A stretch of 64,000 bases of DNA from Porphyridium purpureum (taxonomy: Eukaryota). A program made the position numbers and the translations under genes. The notes beneath the pieces are model-generated. The model ran no database searches. It was not told the DNA's origin and worked only from the letters and a program-made list of their open reading frames with translations. The stretch lies in the NCBI GenBank assembly GCA_008690995.1, contig VRMN01000005.1:372001-436000 (forward strand), written 5' to 3'. Shown here in pieces: positions 11,093 through 21,667 of the stretch. Each line of letters starts with the position of its first letter. The first letter of the stretch is position 1.

Positions 11093-14000
11093 ATGGTGGG
11101 TTCCATATTCTTTAGTTCGTTTGTGCAGCATGCTGGTGGAAGGGACACTGCCGATGTGGAGGAGCAGGGCGCTGCGGCAGAAGGGGCGGTGCAGCATCAT
11201 GCACAGTGCTGTTCGGCGCACGATGCGCTGACCATGCTCAATGGCATCGTGCCAATGCATCTGATTGGCGCCCGCACGTGGGCGCTCGTGCCATTGAGCG
11301 CCATGGTGGATGCAGGTCTGGTTCATGGCGCGTTCGGACTTGTGCAGGCTGTGGACGCGTTCGCCGCGGACAGCGCGGCACCTGCCAGCACATGCACTCG
11401 CGTCGCGCAGGTGTTTGCCCTGGAAAAGCTCGCACGCAGACGCTGTCAGGATGATACGCGAGACGACTCGGACGTGGAGTCGCACGGCGGGCGCGACGTA
11501 CTTCTTTGCCCATCCCTCTTTGACGCGCTGTTCGGTTCGGGAAAATATGCGTCCGGTGAAAGCGGGCGTACCGTTGTCCGACTTTCGTACGTCAAACCGC
11601 CGTCTGATGACATTTTCAAGCCATTTGTCACCAAAGAGCACAGACAGTCCAGAAAGCAGAGACGCGCAGAACTTTGGTCGGGACCAAATGCCGTGGCGGA
11701 GCGCGCGCTCGACGATCTACTGCTGCCCTGTGCTTCGGCCGTTGTGGTGTCGGTCATTCGCATGGATAAAAAGTATACCGTGCCTCAGTGCTGTGTGGAT
11801 CGCGCTCTTGCAAGCGTCTTTTCGACGCGCTTTGTTCTAACTCGAGGCGACAAGTACATCGTCAAGGTGCTTCTAGGTGACTGTGCATTGCATGGAAACG
11901 CGCCGCATGAATCTCCTCTCTCCCGCTGCCGCCCCGCCGCGGACCACACGGGGCGATGGAGGGTGCATGCCGAGTACATTTGTGTGACAGAAGTACGAGT
12001 GGCGAATCAGCCAAGAGACAAAAGCGAGAATGCACCTTGTGAGGCGTTTGTCGGCTGGGACAAGCCTGTACTGTTTGATCCCTTACTGACGTCTTTGAAG
12101 CAAGCGCGCGCGATCGCCGACATTGTGTCTCCCCCTTCTATCATGTACGCGAGGATGGCATGGCAAGCGTCACCCGTTTCTTGGCGTGAGGTTTCGAGGC
12201 AAGCCGAAATGGACGCTAACGGACCGTTCGAAGCAGCCCAGTGCTCGATCCTTGAGAATGATCTTGAGTTTCGGCAGACGCTTGTCTGTCCAGAAGTTGT
12301 GGAACGGCTGTTGTCCCTCTTTAATGTTGCTTTGCAGAGCAAGGATTCATCCTCACCGTCGCAGCGCGGCATTCGGCCGCGTATCTTGCTGCACGGTAAG
12401 CGCGGGTCGGGTAAACGAGCGAGCGTGAGACAGGCTGTCGAGCTTGCGGGTTTGTGTCTCGTCGAGCGCAGTGGGCGCGAGCTCACCGGATCACTCGCGG
12501 ATGGTGATCCTAAATCTGTGCAAACGTCGCATGCCAAACTTCTGGATGTAGAAGCATTTGTTGCTCTGCAAGCGCGATGTGCGGTCATTGTTTTGCGTGA
12601 CTTTGACGTCATGGCTGCGCTTCTCCCGCCGCAGAAGGCCCGTTCCTCGCTGTCGGCGTCGTCGAAAATGCAGCTTTCTGCAAATGTGGAATCGCGCCGT
12701 GTCTTTACTTCTCTTTTCTTCGGAAAAGGCGATCCTGCCTCATCCTCCGTTCCAGCGGACATGGACCAAGGTTCGCTCAGTCAGGAAAGCCAATTGAAAA
12801 GTGGGTCACAGGATGATGAATACGAAGACCAGTTCGGTTTTGATTTCCATGTTGACTTGGATATGGCATCAAAAGGGCCAAGCTCTTCAGAGCAAACCAC
12901 TGGAGTCGCGCTTGTTGCATGCGTAGATGACTTGGAGCAACTTGAGCCATCCGCCCGTGCTCTTTTCACACACGAATTTCAAATGCCGCCGCCTGGTACA
13001 GACACCAAAGCCGCGTTTTTGCGGGACCGATGGGGCCTTGCAGTGGCTAAGTCTGAGTTGACGGTGGCTCCGAACGCACTCGAAGCCGTTGAAAACGAGT
13101 TGGTGTCCAAGACAGCCGGGCGGCCGTTTCTCGAATTTATTTTCCTGGTCAGTGACTTTATTTCCCGCGTCGCACAAGCCGCGGCGAAGGACGCCTTGTC
13201 AGATGAATTTCAGCACAGATGCGTGGAGATTGCGAAAGACATTTCCTCACGACACCAGCAAGCGCTCGGATCCACTTCCGCGCGCGTCGTAAAAGTGAAT
13301 TGGGCGGACATTGGCGGGGTCAATTACGCGAAGCAGGAAATTCTCGATGTGGTCGAGCTACCGTTGCGTCATCCTGAGCTTTTCCAAAGCGGAGTCAAGA
13401 AACGCTCTGGACTTCTTTTCTACGGTCCTCCAGGTACAGGCAAGACAATGCTTGCGAAGGCCGTCGCGAGCGAGTGCGGGTGCTCCTTTTTGTCCGTGAA
13501 GGGACCGGAATTGATGAGCATGTACGTTGGTGAATCGGAGAGCAATGTTCGCAAAGTGTTTTCACAGGCGCGTGAAGCAAAGCCTTGTGTCATTTTCTTC
13601 GACGAGCTCGATTCCCTGGCACCCAAACGCGGGCGTGGGTCTGACTCTGGCGGCGTGGCGGACCGTGTGGTGAGCCAGCTTTTGGCCGAAATCGACGGCC
13701 TCGTTGTAGATGGGGGAGACTCAGTCGAGTCGGCTTCCGCAGAGAACAATATCTTCGTCATTGGGGCAACAAACCGACCTGACTTGGTAGACAAGGCGTT
13801 ACTGCGCCCGGGTCGCTTCGACAAGCTAGTTTTCATCTCACCACCGGACAGTCGCGACGCTCAAGTGAAAGTTCTTGAAGCCGTAACTCGGAAATTCTCT
13901 CTCGCCGATGACGTCGATCTTGAAACCATTGCTTCTTGGCTTCCGGAGCCGCCGGGCCTTACCGGTGCTGACTTTTACGGACTTTGCCAAAATGCATGGA

Positions 14001-14194
14001 CAAAGGCGCTTTACCGCCAGATTGAAGCTCTTGAGAACACAGAGCAAGAACGTCAAGACGATAATGATGAAGCCGAGATCGTGCAGGTGTCACTACGTGA
14101 TTTTGAAGACGCGGCGAAGAAGGTCGTTCCGTCACTTACGCAGGCCGAGATGAATCGGTACTTCTCCCTCCGACGCGAATTCGAAGGACTGTAA
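11093..14194 (+). CDS. PEX6: Peroxisomal AAA ATPase PEX6 (first ATG used; start uncertain)
   Basis: Degenerate D1 (GKRGSGKR). Intact D2: WADIGG, GPPGTGKT, SVKGPELMSMYVGESE, FFDELDSLAPKRGRGSDSGGVADRVVSQLL, IGATNRPDL. Confidence 0.9.
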   Translation: MVGSIFFSSFVQHAGGRDTADVEEQGAAAEGAVQHHAQCCSAHDALTMLNGIVPMHLIGARTWALVPLSAMVDAGLVHGAFGLVQAVDAFAADSAAPASTCTRVAQVFALEKLARRRCQDDTRDDSDVESHGGRDVLLCPSLFDALFGSGKYASGESGRTVVRLSYVKPPSDDIFKPFVTKEHRQSRKQRRAELWSGPNAVAERALDDLLLPCASAVVVSVIRMDKKYTVPQCCVDRALASVFSTRFVLTRGDKYIVKVLLGDCALHGNAPHESPLSRCRPAADHTGRWRVHAEYICVTEVRVANQPRDKSENAPCEAFVGWDKPVLFDPLLTSLKQARAIADIVSPPSIMYARMAWQASPVSWREVSRQAEMDANGPFEAAQCSILENDLEFRQTLVCPEVVERLLSLFNVALQSKDSSSPSQRGIRPRILLHGKRGSGKRASVRQAVELAGLCLVERSGRELTGSLADGDPKSVQTSHAKLLDVEAFVALQARCAVIVLRDFDVMAALLPPQKARSSLSASSKMQLSANVESRRVFTSLFFGKGDPASSSVPADMDQGSLSQESQLKSGSQDDEYEDQFGFDFHVDLDMASKGPSSSEQTTGVALVACVDDLEQLEPSARALFTHEFQMPPPGTDTKAAFLRDRWGLAVAKSELTVAPNALEAVENELVSKTAGRPFLEFIFLVSDFISRVAQAAAKDALSDEFQHRCVEIAKDISSRHQQALGSTSARVVKVNWADIGGVNYAKQEILDVVELPLRHPELFQSGVKKRSGLLFYGPPGTGKTMLAKAVASECGCSFLSVKGPELMSMYVGESESNVRKVFSQAREAKPCVIFFDELDSLAPKRGRGSDSGGVADRVVSQLLAEIDGLVVDGGDSVESASAENNIFVIGATNRPDLVDKALLRPGRFDKLVFISPPDSRDAQVKVLEAVTRKFSLADDVDLETIASWLPEPPGLTGADFYGLCQNAWTKALYRQIEALENTEQERQDDNDEAEIVQVSLRDFEDAAKKVVPSLTQAEMNRYFSLRREFEGL

Positions 14195-14232
14195 TGGCAG
14201 CTGGCGAATCCACGCGGACACAGTAGGTAAAC

Positions 14233-16410
14233 TTACAGAAACAGAAAAAGCATGAGGCCAGCATCTCCTGCCATGGCGACACATTCTAATGATGATGCAT
14301 TATCAGCATGGGGCATTATCGACCCTACGCTCCTGCAATCGTGACTTCGAGCCGCCAGGCGTCCAAACGCAAAGCGGGACTGGGTAATAATACTGCGATT
14401 CTCACGACCCAAAATGTCATGGATGGTGATTCCAGCAGACGACGTTTCGATCCGCGTGGCTAGCCTCAAGTACAACTGATCCTTTTCTACACCGTCTTGA
14501 CCCTTGGGCTCCAGACTGGCAATCGTATCATATTCAATGATGTCTCGCGCAACTGCGGAAGCTGGAACCCGTGCAATCAGTCCGCTCTTCGTGGTCGTTA
14601 TGAACGATCCGTCCGCGACGCGTGCGACATCTGCCATGCTGGGATGGAGCCGGGCAAAATGAACGCCATCATCTGCTTTGCTAGCACCCTTTGTTTTCTG
14701 CGGTAAATGCTCACGAAAGGCAACCTCGCACCGCTCGTCATCCGCGTCTGCGCTCACCGATAGACGTACCAGGCGTCCACTTCTGTATCCAACGACAGCG
14801 TTTGGGGTCACTTGACACCTGTTCTCTTTGCCTTTATCACGCACCGTGAACCAGCCATGAACAACGTTGAAATCACGTCTTTCTGGGCTGTGGCTAGCCA
14901 GACATCGACTTAGATCATGCGCGTTCCACATGGTCAAACACGGCGTGTTTCGCAGAACAACTTCCGGTGTCACCAGGACCACGCAGCCACATGAAGGAAG
15001 CCGGGCTCGAGTCAGTGCCGAAGATACAGCCGAGTTTGTCCCTAGTTGACCATCTTTTTCGTTCACCAGTCGCCAACTACTATCACATGCCATAAATTTG
15101 ACTTCGCGCAGGGGGCCAGGTTGCAAAGGCGTGCTAGTAACTGATCGAAGCACGACCGAGTCTGTGCCTGTCCGGTCGTCCCGAAAGCAAAGTTGAGCAG
15201 AATACAGTCGTCCGTGCGCCGTGCCGGCCACCATCATAAGAAATGATTCTTCATGGCTCGATGCTGCGTTCGCACTGGCACACTCGGTCACATCAATGCA
15301 TCGGATCCAATCCGAATGGTCATCCAACGTAAAGAGCGTTCGCACGGTTCCTTCTGACTGGTCAGCGTTCCACCACAGCAAGTCAACACGCCCGGCTCCA
15401 TGATACGAGACAACACACGCTCCACCGGAGTCCGCGGTTCGCGCCTTCCCCGCGGGAAGCCAGCGGGCACACGAAATCGCCAAATCAGGATCCAACGGGA
15501 ACATACTGTATAGCTTCGCTGTTCGCTTCTTGCTATCTACTTTCCAACACTGCAACGCCCCTGCACCCAGCTGCCTGTCGTTGTTTGCACTGTCGGAGCA
15601 CGGGAACGGTATGACGCTGAATCGATACGCGTCCGGTGCCACACTTACAAGCAAGAAGTGGATACTTTCGTCATCCTTAGCATGGCCGGGACTGCACGAC
15701 CAATGAATGGACATGATCTGGCCGCCGCAGTATGCAGCTACCCACTGTTCGCCTATTCGCACTGACTCCTTTCGAATATCTACAGTTATCAAGCCAGTCA
15801 CTGTTTCGTAGCTTTTCCTTTTGCTCGCCACCTTCACATTTCCGTGCGAGCCTTCCTGCGTCACGTGCACGGTTATCCCGCAGGAGAGCCCGCACGCGTT
15901 CAATGCAGAACCGTTCTCACGATACGCACGGGATCCCTCGGCTCGATCGTGACTCCAGCAGCCATGTAACCGGTGCGGTGGTGGGGTCTCTTCTAATACA
16001 GAAGAAGCCTGTTTCATCCGAAACCCTCCGACATATCGCGCTTCCAGGACTTTTTTCAGTCTGGCATCCAGTCCAAGGTCCTTGTCCGCTTCCGATGCCG
16101 CTTCCGAAGCTTGCTCCCCATCTTCCGCCTTCAACTTGCGCGCTTTATCGGTATACGCGCTGCTAAACTCATCGCCTGGACGAGACGCGCTCTTCCCGCG
16201 CGTGCGCTTCTGTCTTGTCTGCTGCGCTGGTTTCTCTTTCAAGGATTCTCCTCCCCCTGACGAGGATGAGAACGGCTGCGGGTGCGGCTGCCGCGACGGA
16301 TGTGACGATGACAGCGACGAAGAAGGCTCAGATGAAGCGCGCTTGTGTGGTTCGACTGGCGCGCGTACCGGCTCCTTCTCGTTCAGGCGCCGGCTGCTCC
16401 GTCGTTTCAT
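14233..16410 (-). CDS. WD40-like protein with a disordered basic N-terminus; possible TFIIIC subunit (GTF3C2/Tfc6-like)
   Basis: Long ORF. 'YCGGQIMSIHWS' and 'GAGALQCWKV' recall GTF3C2 'GGPxWALDWCP' and 'GPGLLQLW'. Confidence 0.5.
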   Translation of the reverse strand: MKRRSSRRLNEKEPVRAPVEPHKRASSEPSSSLSSSHPSRQPHPQPFSSSSGGGESLKEKPAQQTRQKRTRGKSASRPGDEFSSAYTDKARKLKAEDGEQASEAASEADKDLGLDARLKKVLEARYVGGFRMKQASSVLEETPPPHRLHGCWSHDRAEGSRAYRENGSALNACGLSCGITVHVTQEGSHGNVKVASKRKSYETVTGLITVDIRKESVRIGEQWVAAYCGGQIMSIHWSCSPGHAKDDESIHFLLVSVAPDAYRFSVIPFPCSDSANNDRQLGAGALQCWKVDSKKRTAKLYSMFPLDPDLAISCARWLPAGKARTADSGGACVVSYHGAGRVDLLWWNADQSEGTVRTLFTLDDHSDWIRCIDVTECASANAASSHEESFLMMVAGTAHGRLYSAQLCFRDDRTGTDSVVLRSVTSTPLQPGPLREVKFMACDSSWRLVNEKDGQLGTNSAVSSALTRARLPSCGCVVLVTPEVVLRNTPCLTMWNAHDLSRCLASHSPERRDFNVVHGWFTVRDKGKENRCQVTPNAVVGYRSGRLVRLSVSADADDERCEVAFREHLPQKTKGASKADDGVHFARLHPSMADVARVADGSFITTTKSGLIARVPASAVARDIIEYDTIASLEPKGQDGVEKDQLYLRLATRIETSSAGITIHDILGRENRSIITQSRFAFGRLAARSHDCRSVGSIMPHADNASSLECVAMAGDAGLMLFLFL

Positions 16411-16629
16411 CTGTTCCGGCACTCGTCTTGGCCGCACGTTCGCTTGAACGTTTCGAATGGCTCGAATGGTTCAGCGCCCTGACCGACTTATCGGAGCATG
16501 TCGTCGTGAAGGTTTGATTTCGCAGCTCGGGGTAGAGGCACCTTAGGGCTTGCTTCAGCAGATGACAAAAGTCAAATTAAAAGGAGATGTTGTTTACAGT
16601 TCTAACCAGGCGTTTGACGTCGAGCCTGT

Positions 16630-17859
16630 TTAGTTTTCGTTCACGCCCGCCCTGAAAACCAGCAGTGGCGAAGTGGAAAGGCCTGATGTGTAAAGAGTGA
16701 CTGGAGTGTCCGGAAGAGTCAAGTACAGTGCGCCAGAGTACAGAGGAAAGCGTTCTTGCGAGCCCGTCTCAACTCCCACCTCAAGCCAGCCTTCGCCGGT
16801 GACCACGAGCAGCATGCAGGGGCCCTTGGCCGCGGGCAGTGCGACGCCTCCCCTGTTCGTAGACGGGACCTCAACTCGCTCGAGCTGGAACTCAGATACT
16901 GGGGGCTGGTACACGTGCGTGTAATCTCCGCGTGGTATCCCTTCGATATAGTGCACCACGCCGTGGTTATACGTCAGCATGTGGACAAGCGCGTCTACGT
17001 CCTTGAACTTGGGTGTGAGCCCGGCGCGCACCACATTGTCAGAGCGTGCCATGATTTCGATGCAGTGACCTTCCAAGTACGCGTGCGGCTCATTAGCGGC
17101 CATGAAGAACGCTCGACCGGGTGGCAACTCAATGTAGTTGAGGTAGTACGCAGCAAAGCAGCCCACGTCGCCTGGGTACTGCACCTCCAGCTCCATGAAA
17201 AGGTCGTCTAGCGGTACGGTCGTCGCACTCGACGAAGTGATGCGCTCTTTGAGTGACTTGCACAGTAACGCCACGCTCTGGGTGTCACAGTTCATCACCG
17301 CCGCAAAGAACTCTCGCAGTACGCTCCTCCGAGCCTCAGCATCGTCCAGGTGTGCTGCGTCCTGCATTTTTGCGCTGAGTGGCTTACCAACGAGTTCTTG
17401 CAACTGAGGCAGTCGCGCCAGGTCCTGCGCGATCAACTCGACGCTGCGGAAGCCGCACAGCGCCCTAAAGTTTGTAAGAGCAATGCTCATCTCTGGCTTG
17501 TGATTATCGTCTGGGTACTTGTCTGGGCGCGCGGCGTGCAGCTTTGCCGCCAGAGCGCGGTCCGGGTGTGCCTGGATCGAGAGCGCCTGCTGCACGGACA
17601 GCACTTTAAACAAATAAGGCAGCGCAACCCCGCGCTGCTCGAGCAATTCTGCCAGCGAGATTCCGAGCGCCGGCACGACTGACGGCGCGCTGGGGTGATC
17701 GCCCATCCACAACTCTGCGTAGGGCTGGTCGGTATTGACGACGGTGCCCGCGCCGCGATTGCGCGCGTACATCATTGCGACGAGCGACGCATCGCCGCGC
17801 ACTCCCCAAGCGTACTGCTGCACTGCCGCCTGCAGACCATACACCACCGCGTCACCCAT
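16630..17859 (-). CDS. MPI: Mannose-6-phosphate isomerase, type I
   Basis: YAWG, YAELWMGDHP, LFKVLSV..ALSIQAHPD, YPDDNHKPEM, ANEPHAYL, SDNVVRAGLTPK. Confidence 0.95.
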   Translation of the reverse strand: MGDAVVYGLQAAVQQYAWGVRGDASLVAMMYARNRGAGTVVNTDQPYAELWMGDHPSAPSVVPALGISLAELLEQRGVALPYLFKVLSVQQALSIQAHPDRALAAKLHAARPDKYPDDNHKPEMSIALTNFRALCGFRSVELIAQDLARLPQLQELVGKPLSAKMQDAAHLDDAEARRSVLREFFAAVMNCDTQSVALLCKSLKERITSSSATTVPLDDLFMELEVQYPGDVGCFAAYYLNYIELPPGRAFFMAANEPHAYLEGHCIEIMARSDNVVRAGLTPKFKDVDALVHMLTYNHGVVHYIEGIPRGDYTHVYQPPVSEFQLERVEVPSTNRGGVALPAAKGPCMLLVVTGEGWLEVGVETGSQERFPLYSGALYLTLPDTPVTLYTSGLSTSPLLVFRAGVNEN

Positions 17860-18018
17860 ATTGCCGTCGTTCTCTCGTCACACCTTGACGTCCCCGACCG
17901 ACGCCTCTCAGTCTTCTCCCCAACCTCTGCTTCTCTACCAAACACGTCGCTCACATCACGCAGAATTCCCGCCTTCCACGTTGCGCCCAACAGACGCCAC
18001 CTGGAATGAGGACAGTTC

Positions 18019-18058
18019 TGGGTGTACATGGGTGTACATGGGTGTACATGGATGTACA
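18019..18058. repeat. 10-bp tandem repeat (GGTGTACATG)x3 plus a degenerate copy
   Basis: Perfect copies at 18021-18050; gatgtaca at 18051-18058. Confidence 0.9.
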
Positions 18059-18396
18059 CTAAGGTGCAACGCCAAGCACTCACAAGAAGCAAAGTTGGGA
18101 TCGGCATGACAACGCCCATCGCCAATCTTTCCCGGACTGGCACGCATGCACTCCAGGTAACCCAACAACCACAGTGTGCCTGCATGCTCTGCGTCGCGCT
18201 CCATACGCGAGTGATGTAGGTACCATAAACGTGCCGTTGCTTCAGCTTCCTACTCGTGCCCTTCGACAACAATCGTAGCCAACACCCATTGCAATTCTTG
18301 CCGAGACCCGGCTAATGGTTTCCGGTTGAAGCGCTGGGCCGTGAACCGATATACCGCTGTACACTATGAGCGTCCCAAATTCAACAGAACCTTTCA

Positions 18397-18471
18397 CTGT
18401 ACTCCACGTTATGGTACAGTTGACAATGAACTGTACCTTATAAGGCGTTCATCGAGAACCGTGGAGTACAG
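18397..18471. repeat. Nested inverted repeats
   Basis: CTGTACTCCACG (18397-18408) pairs with CGTGGAGTACAG (18460-18471). GGTACAGTT (18413-18421) pairs with AACTGTACC (18429-18437). Confidence 0.8.
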
Positions 18472-18513
18472 CGAGTTTGAGGTGACGGGTTGGAGTCAGA
18501 TGATTAGTGAGCG

Positions 18514-20058
18514 ATGGGGATGTGTGAAGGAGGGAAAGGGAGAGGGAGAGTGAGTGAGAGAGAGAGTAGGCGAGGGGAAAGGGAGACGGAGAAGGAGAAG
18601 ATGGGCAGGGAGAATGGAGAAAAGGCGGTGAACGGGCGGTCGAAGCGGTCGAAGAAAAGTAAGCGGCGAGAGGGAGGCGAGGAGGATGTGGAGAATGCCG
18701 ACGATGTGGGTGGCGCGGGGGAAGGTGGGGCGTCTGGCTTGGGGTCCGCGTGGACTGTGGTGCAAGGCAGGTGGGGCGGTTTGGTGTCAGGGTTGAGCGA
18801 AGGAGGCAGGAAGGGCTCGAGTGCGTCGGTTGGAAATGCGGTCATGCACTGGTGGAGTAAGAGCGATAAGTTGACGCTGGTGCGGAACCTGACCGCGCTG
18901 CTGATTATTTCGATCGTGGTGAACGAGTTTATCACAGAGCAGCAGCAGGTGCGAAAGATACATGCGGTTTCTTCGTTTGTGGGGGACGCCGCAAGCTCGT
19001 TGACGTCGATCTCGGAATTGGACCAGGCCAGTGCAATGGCAGGGAGCGATGAGAGCGCGAACGGCGGCGCAGATTATTTGCGCCAGCTGCAGGTGATGGC
19101 CGGCGGCATGGTGGTCACCAAAACGCGTAAAGCAGACGGCGAGCTAGATGAAGATACAGACAATGTCGACATCATTGCTGAGGGACGGATGGTCACAGGC
19201 AATCACTTGTTTGCGGAGAACCCGGCCGACGACAAGACCACGCGCCTTGCGCAGATTCTCGCAGGTGTTGTGATCACGTACAACATTAGCTCGGTCGCCG
19301 ACCTATCGTGTCGCCACTCGGCAAATTTCACAGCTGATCTCCATGACCGTCTGCTCAGCAGAGTGCCGCACTACAAATACTATTGCTTGGACCACGACTC
19401 GGTGTTGCTGCACAGTCTTATCTCCTTGTGGAAGTCAAACAAGCACGTGTATTTTCTGCGCAGGAAATCTTGGGACCGCACTTTCTTGCGGCTGCCGTCT
19501 GCTGAGCTGTACTTTGCGCTCGATTCAATGCAGCGCTTGTCGCTGGACCGACTGCACGAAACCTTTCTGCATATGAAGGAAGCTGGCGTGAAATACCTCA
19601 TGACCACGATCAACCCAAACCGGCGGAATCCGACGCCGGGGACAAAATACAAGTTCTCGCGGCTGGATTTTCATTCAGAGCCGTTTTTCTTCCCGGAGCC
19701 GCTCCGACGCTTTTCGGATCTGACAAACGACCCCTCGCATCTGTCCAATCCGAAACAGCTGAGTCTTTGGCGGCTGGACGAAATCAAGTATCCCGATTTC
19801 GACTCCACGACAATGCTCAACGTGACGCAGCTCGACCAAGAGGCGCAGGCACGTCAGTTTGAGGAGGAGCTGCGAATGCTCAACTCGTCCGCGTTCGCTT
19901 CATCAGACGAGTCGGTCAATGTAGACGGCGGAGTGATTGGGCGCACAGCTACGATTGACTCGGAGGCCGGAAAGGATGATTTGAAAGGCAGCGTGTATGC
20001 CAGCATGCGCGAGAAGGTCGGGCTCGGTGATCGAAATAACGTCAGCGTCGGCACGTAG
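18514..20058 (+). CDS. Type II membrane protein with a lumenal, divergent SAM-methyltransferase-like domain (start may be 18601)
   Basis: Single TM (LTALLIISIVV). 'YNISSVADLSC' and 'YYCLD' sit at motif I/II-like positions; 'GVKYLMTT'. Confidence 0.5.
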   Translation: MGMCEGGKGRGRVSERESRRGERETEKEKMGRENGEKAVNGRSKRSKKSKRREGGEEDVENADDVGGAGEGGASGLGSAWTVVQGRWGGLVSGLSEGGRKGSSASVGNAVMHWWSKSDKLTLVRNLTALLIISIVVNEFITEQQQVRKIHAVSSFVGDAASSLTSISELDQASAMAGSDESANGGADYLRQLQVMAGGMVVTKTRKADGELDEDTDNVDIIAEGRMVTGNHLFAENPADDKTTRLAQILAGVVITYNISSVADLSCRHSANFTADLHDRLLSRVPHYKYYCLDHDSVLLHSLISLWKSNKHVYFLRRKSWDRTFLRLPSAELYFALDSMQRLSLDRLHETFLHMKEAGVKYLMTTINPNRRNPTPGTKYKFSRLDFHSEPFFFPEPLRRFSDLTNDPSHLSNPKQLSLWRLDEIKYPDFDSTTMLNVTQLDQEAQARQFEEELRMLNSSAFASSDESVNVDGGVIGRTATIDSEAGKDDLKGSVYASMREKVGLGDRNNVSVGT

Positions 20059-21255
20059 CCAAATCGCCGGTGCAAAGTGCGTTGATATCGCCAATCTGTC
20101 GTTTGCGGCATGGGCGCGAGCACAAAGGATAACAGATAGATAACTGATCACCATACTAATTGTAAACTTGCACACTCCCTCGTGCTTATACCTCAGGAAA
20201 TTGAATGGACCAAACGAGCTGGGAGAGCCGCAGGATAACCCTGATGAATGATCTTTCGTGGCAAGGCCTTCTCTCGTACTTCGCCTTGAAGGACATGTGG
20301 ACGAAGCTTGAGTGGTCACTTTCTCCATCGCCTCCAAGCTGACGCAGACGGACCGTCAAGTTGAACACCGAGAGAAACGGATGCCCAACAAATGTTCGGC
20401 AGCGTCAACGGGTTAACCAACAAAATCTATAGCCCATCAAATTCGGCGACTTTCGTGGGGTCTCTTTGTGTGCATGGAACGCGCCTTCTGTATGGTAGAA
20501 CAATAATGCCTATTAAAATCAGCATATTTGGTACGCTAGGGTTATGAAGCAGGATGTCCTATTCACGGCATTGTTAGTGTCGCAAGCGGGTCAAAAAGTC
20601 TGCCTAGCTTGACGATGTCCACCACAAGGCAAATTCGTGCTCGTCAAAGCGCTGATAGCGCACCATCTATCTCCACTTGGCTGCATCTCCAACACGACGG
20701 CGCTCATTGTGCCGATCGTGCCGCCACATGAGTTTTACCAGATACAGATCGAACCGTGCCACGCACTTTGCTCAGCCTGCGTTTTCCCCGCCTGTAGCTT
20801 ATCGGTTTCTGTGGCGTCGGATGAATCGGCTTATCGGTTTATCAAAATACATACTAAAAGCGACTGTATTCATAGCAAAAGTGTTATGTGAATCTAGGGC
20901 ATTTTGATGAGACGCCTCCTGCAAGCATGACCGCGGATAAACATCTTTACGCAACGCGAGGGAAGGAGTAGTCGGGACAGGGAACGCCAAGCGAAGGGTT
21001 CCTAATCCTTGCTCTCTCGCTGACGCGCGCGTGCTCGTTCTCTCTTCGTCCCTTGACTTCCGCTCTGTCTCTCTCTCGCTGTGGTCTCGTAATATTGTCT
21101 TATTTCGTGTGCGTGCGCTGACGTTTGTGCTGGTTTGTCCGTGTCGTCTTCCGTGACTTGAAGGCGTGACAGACGCGGTGCTTGCAACATTCGGGCGCCT
21201 ACAAATTCGTGCGGGCGTGTGCGGTGCTGACCGGCGCAAGTTTGCAAGCAGAATC

Positions 21256-21603
21256 ATGTCCGGCCAGATGATCTACATGCACTACCGCGTGAGCGCGGTG
21301 GGGATGGCGTTGGATGATGCTTTGGACGAGATGGTAAATAATGCGATGATGACCGAGGAGCAGGCGGAGATGGTGCGCTCACAGTTTGACCGGGCCATTA
21401 GCACAGCGCTCGCAACACAGGTCAGGAACCGCGCGACGCTCAAAGGTCGCGTCAACCACTACAGAAATTGCGACAACGTGTGGACCTTTTTCTTGGACAG
21501 CGCGACCATCAAGCTGGAAGCCGGTGCTGAGGAGCTGGTTATTGACGACAAGTTGAAAATCGTCGCTTGCGACGGACGTCCGCCCGGAGCAGGAAAGAGA
21601 TGA
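21256..21603 (+). CDS. TOA2: Transcription initiation factor IIA gamma subunit
   Basis: YRVSAVGMALDDALDEM, QFDRAI, HYRNCDNVWTF, LKIVACD. Confidence 0.93.
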   Translation: MSGQMIYMHYRVSAVGMALDDALDEMVNNAMMTEEQAEMVRSQFDRAISTALATQVRNRATLKGRVNHYRNCDNVWTFFLDSATIKLEAGAEELVIDDKLKIVACDGRPPGAGKR

Positions 21604-21667
21604 ACAAGGAATATAGACACTCAAAATTCATTTCACAGGCATGCCGCACGGCGCCAGAAGTAAAGTC

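Noticed and set aside
18019..18058. GGTGTACATG repeat as an interstitial telomere or CRISPR-like array
   Set aside because: Only 3-4 adjacent copies with no spacers. The resemblance to yeast telomeric GGTGTAC is probably chance.
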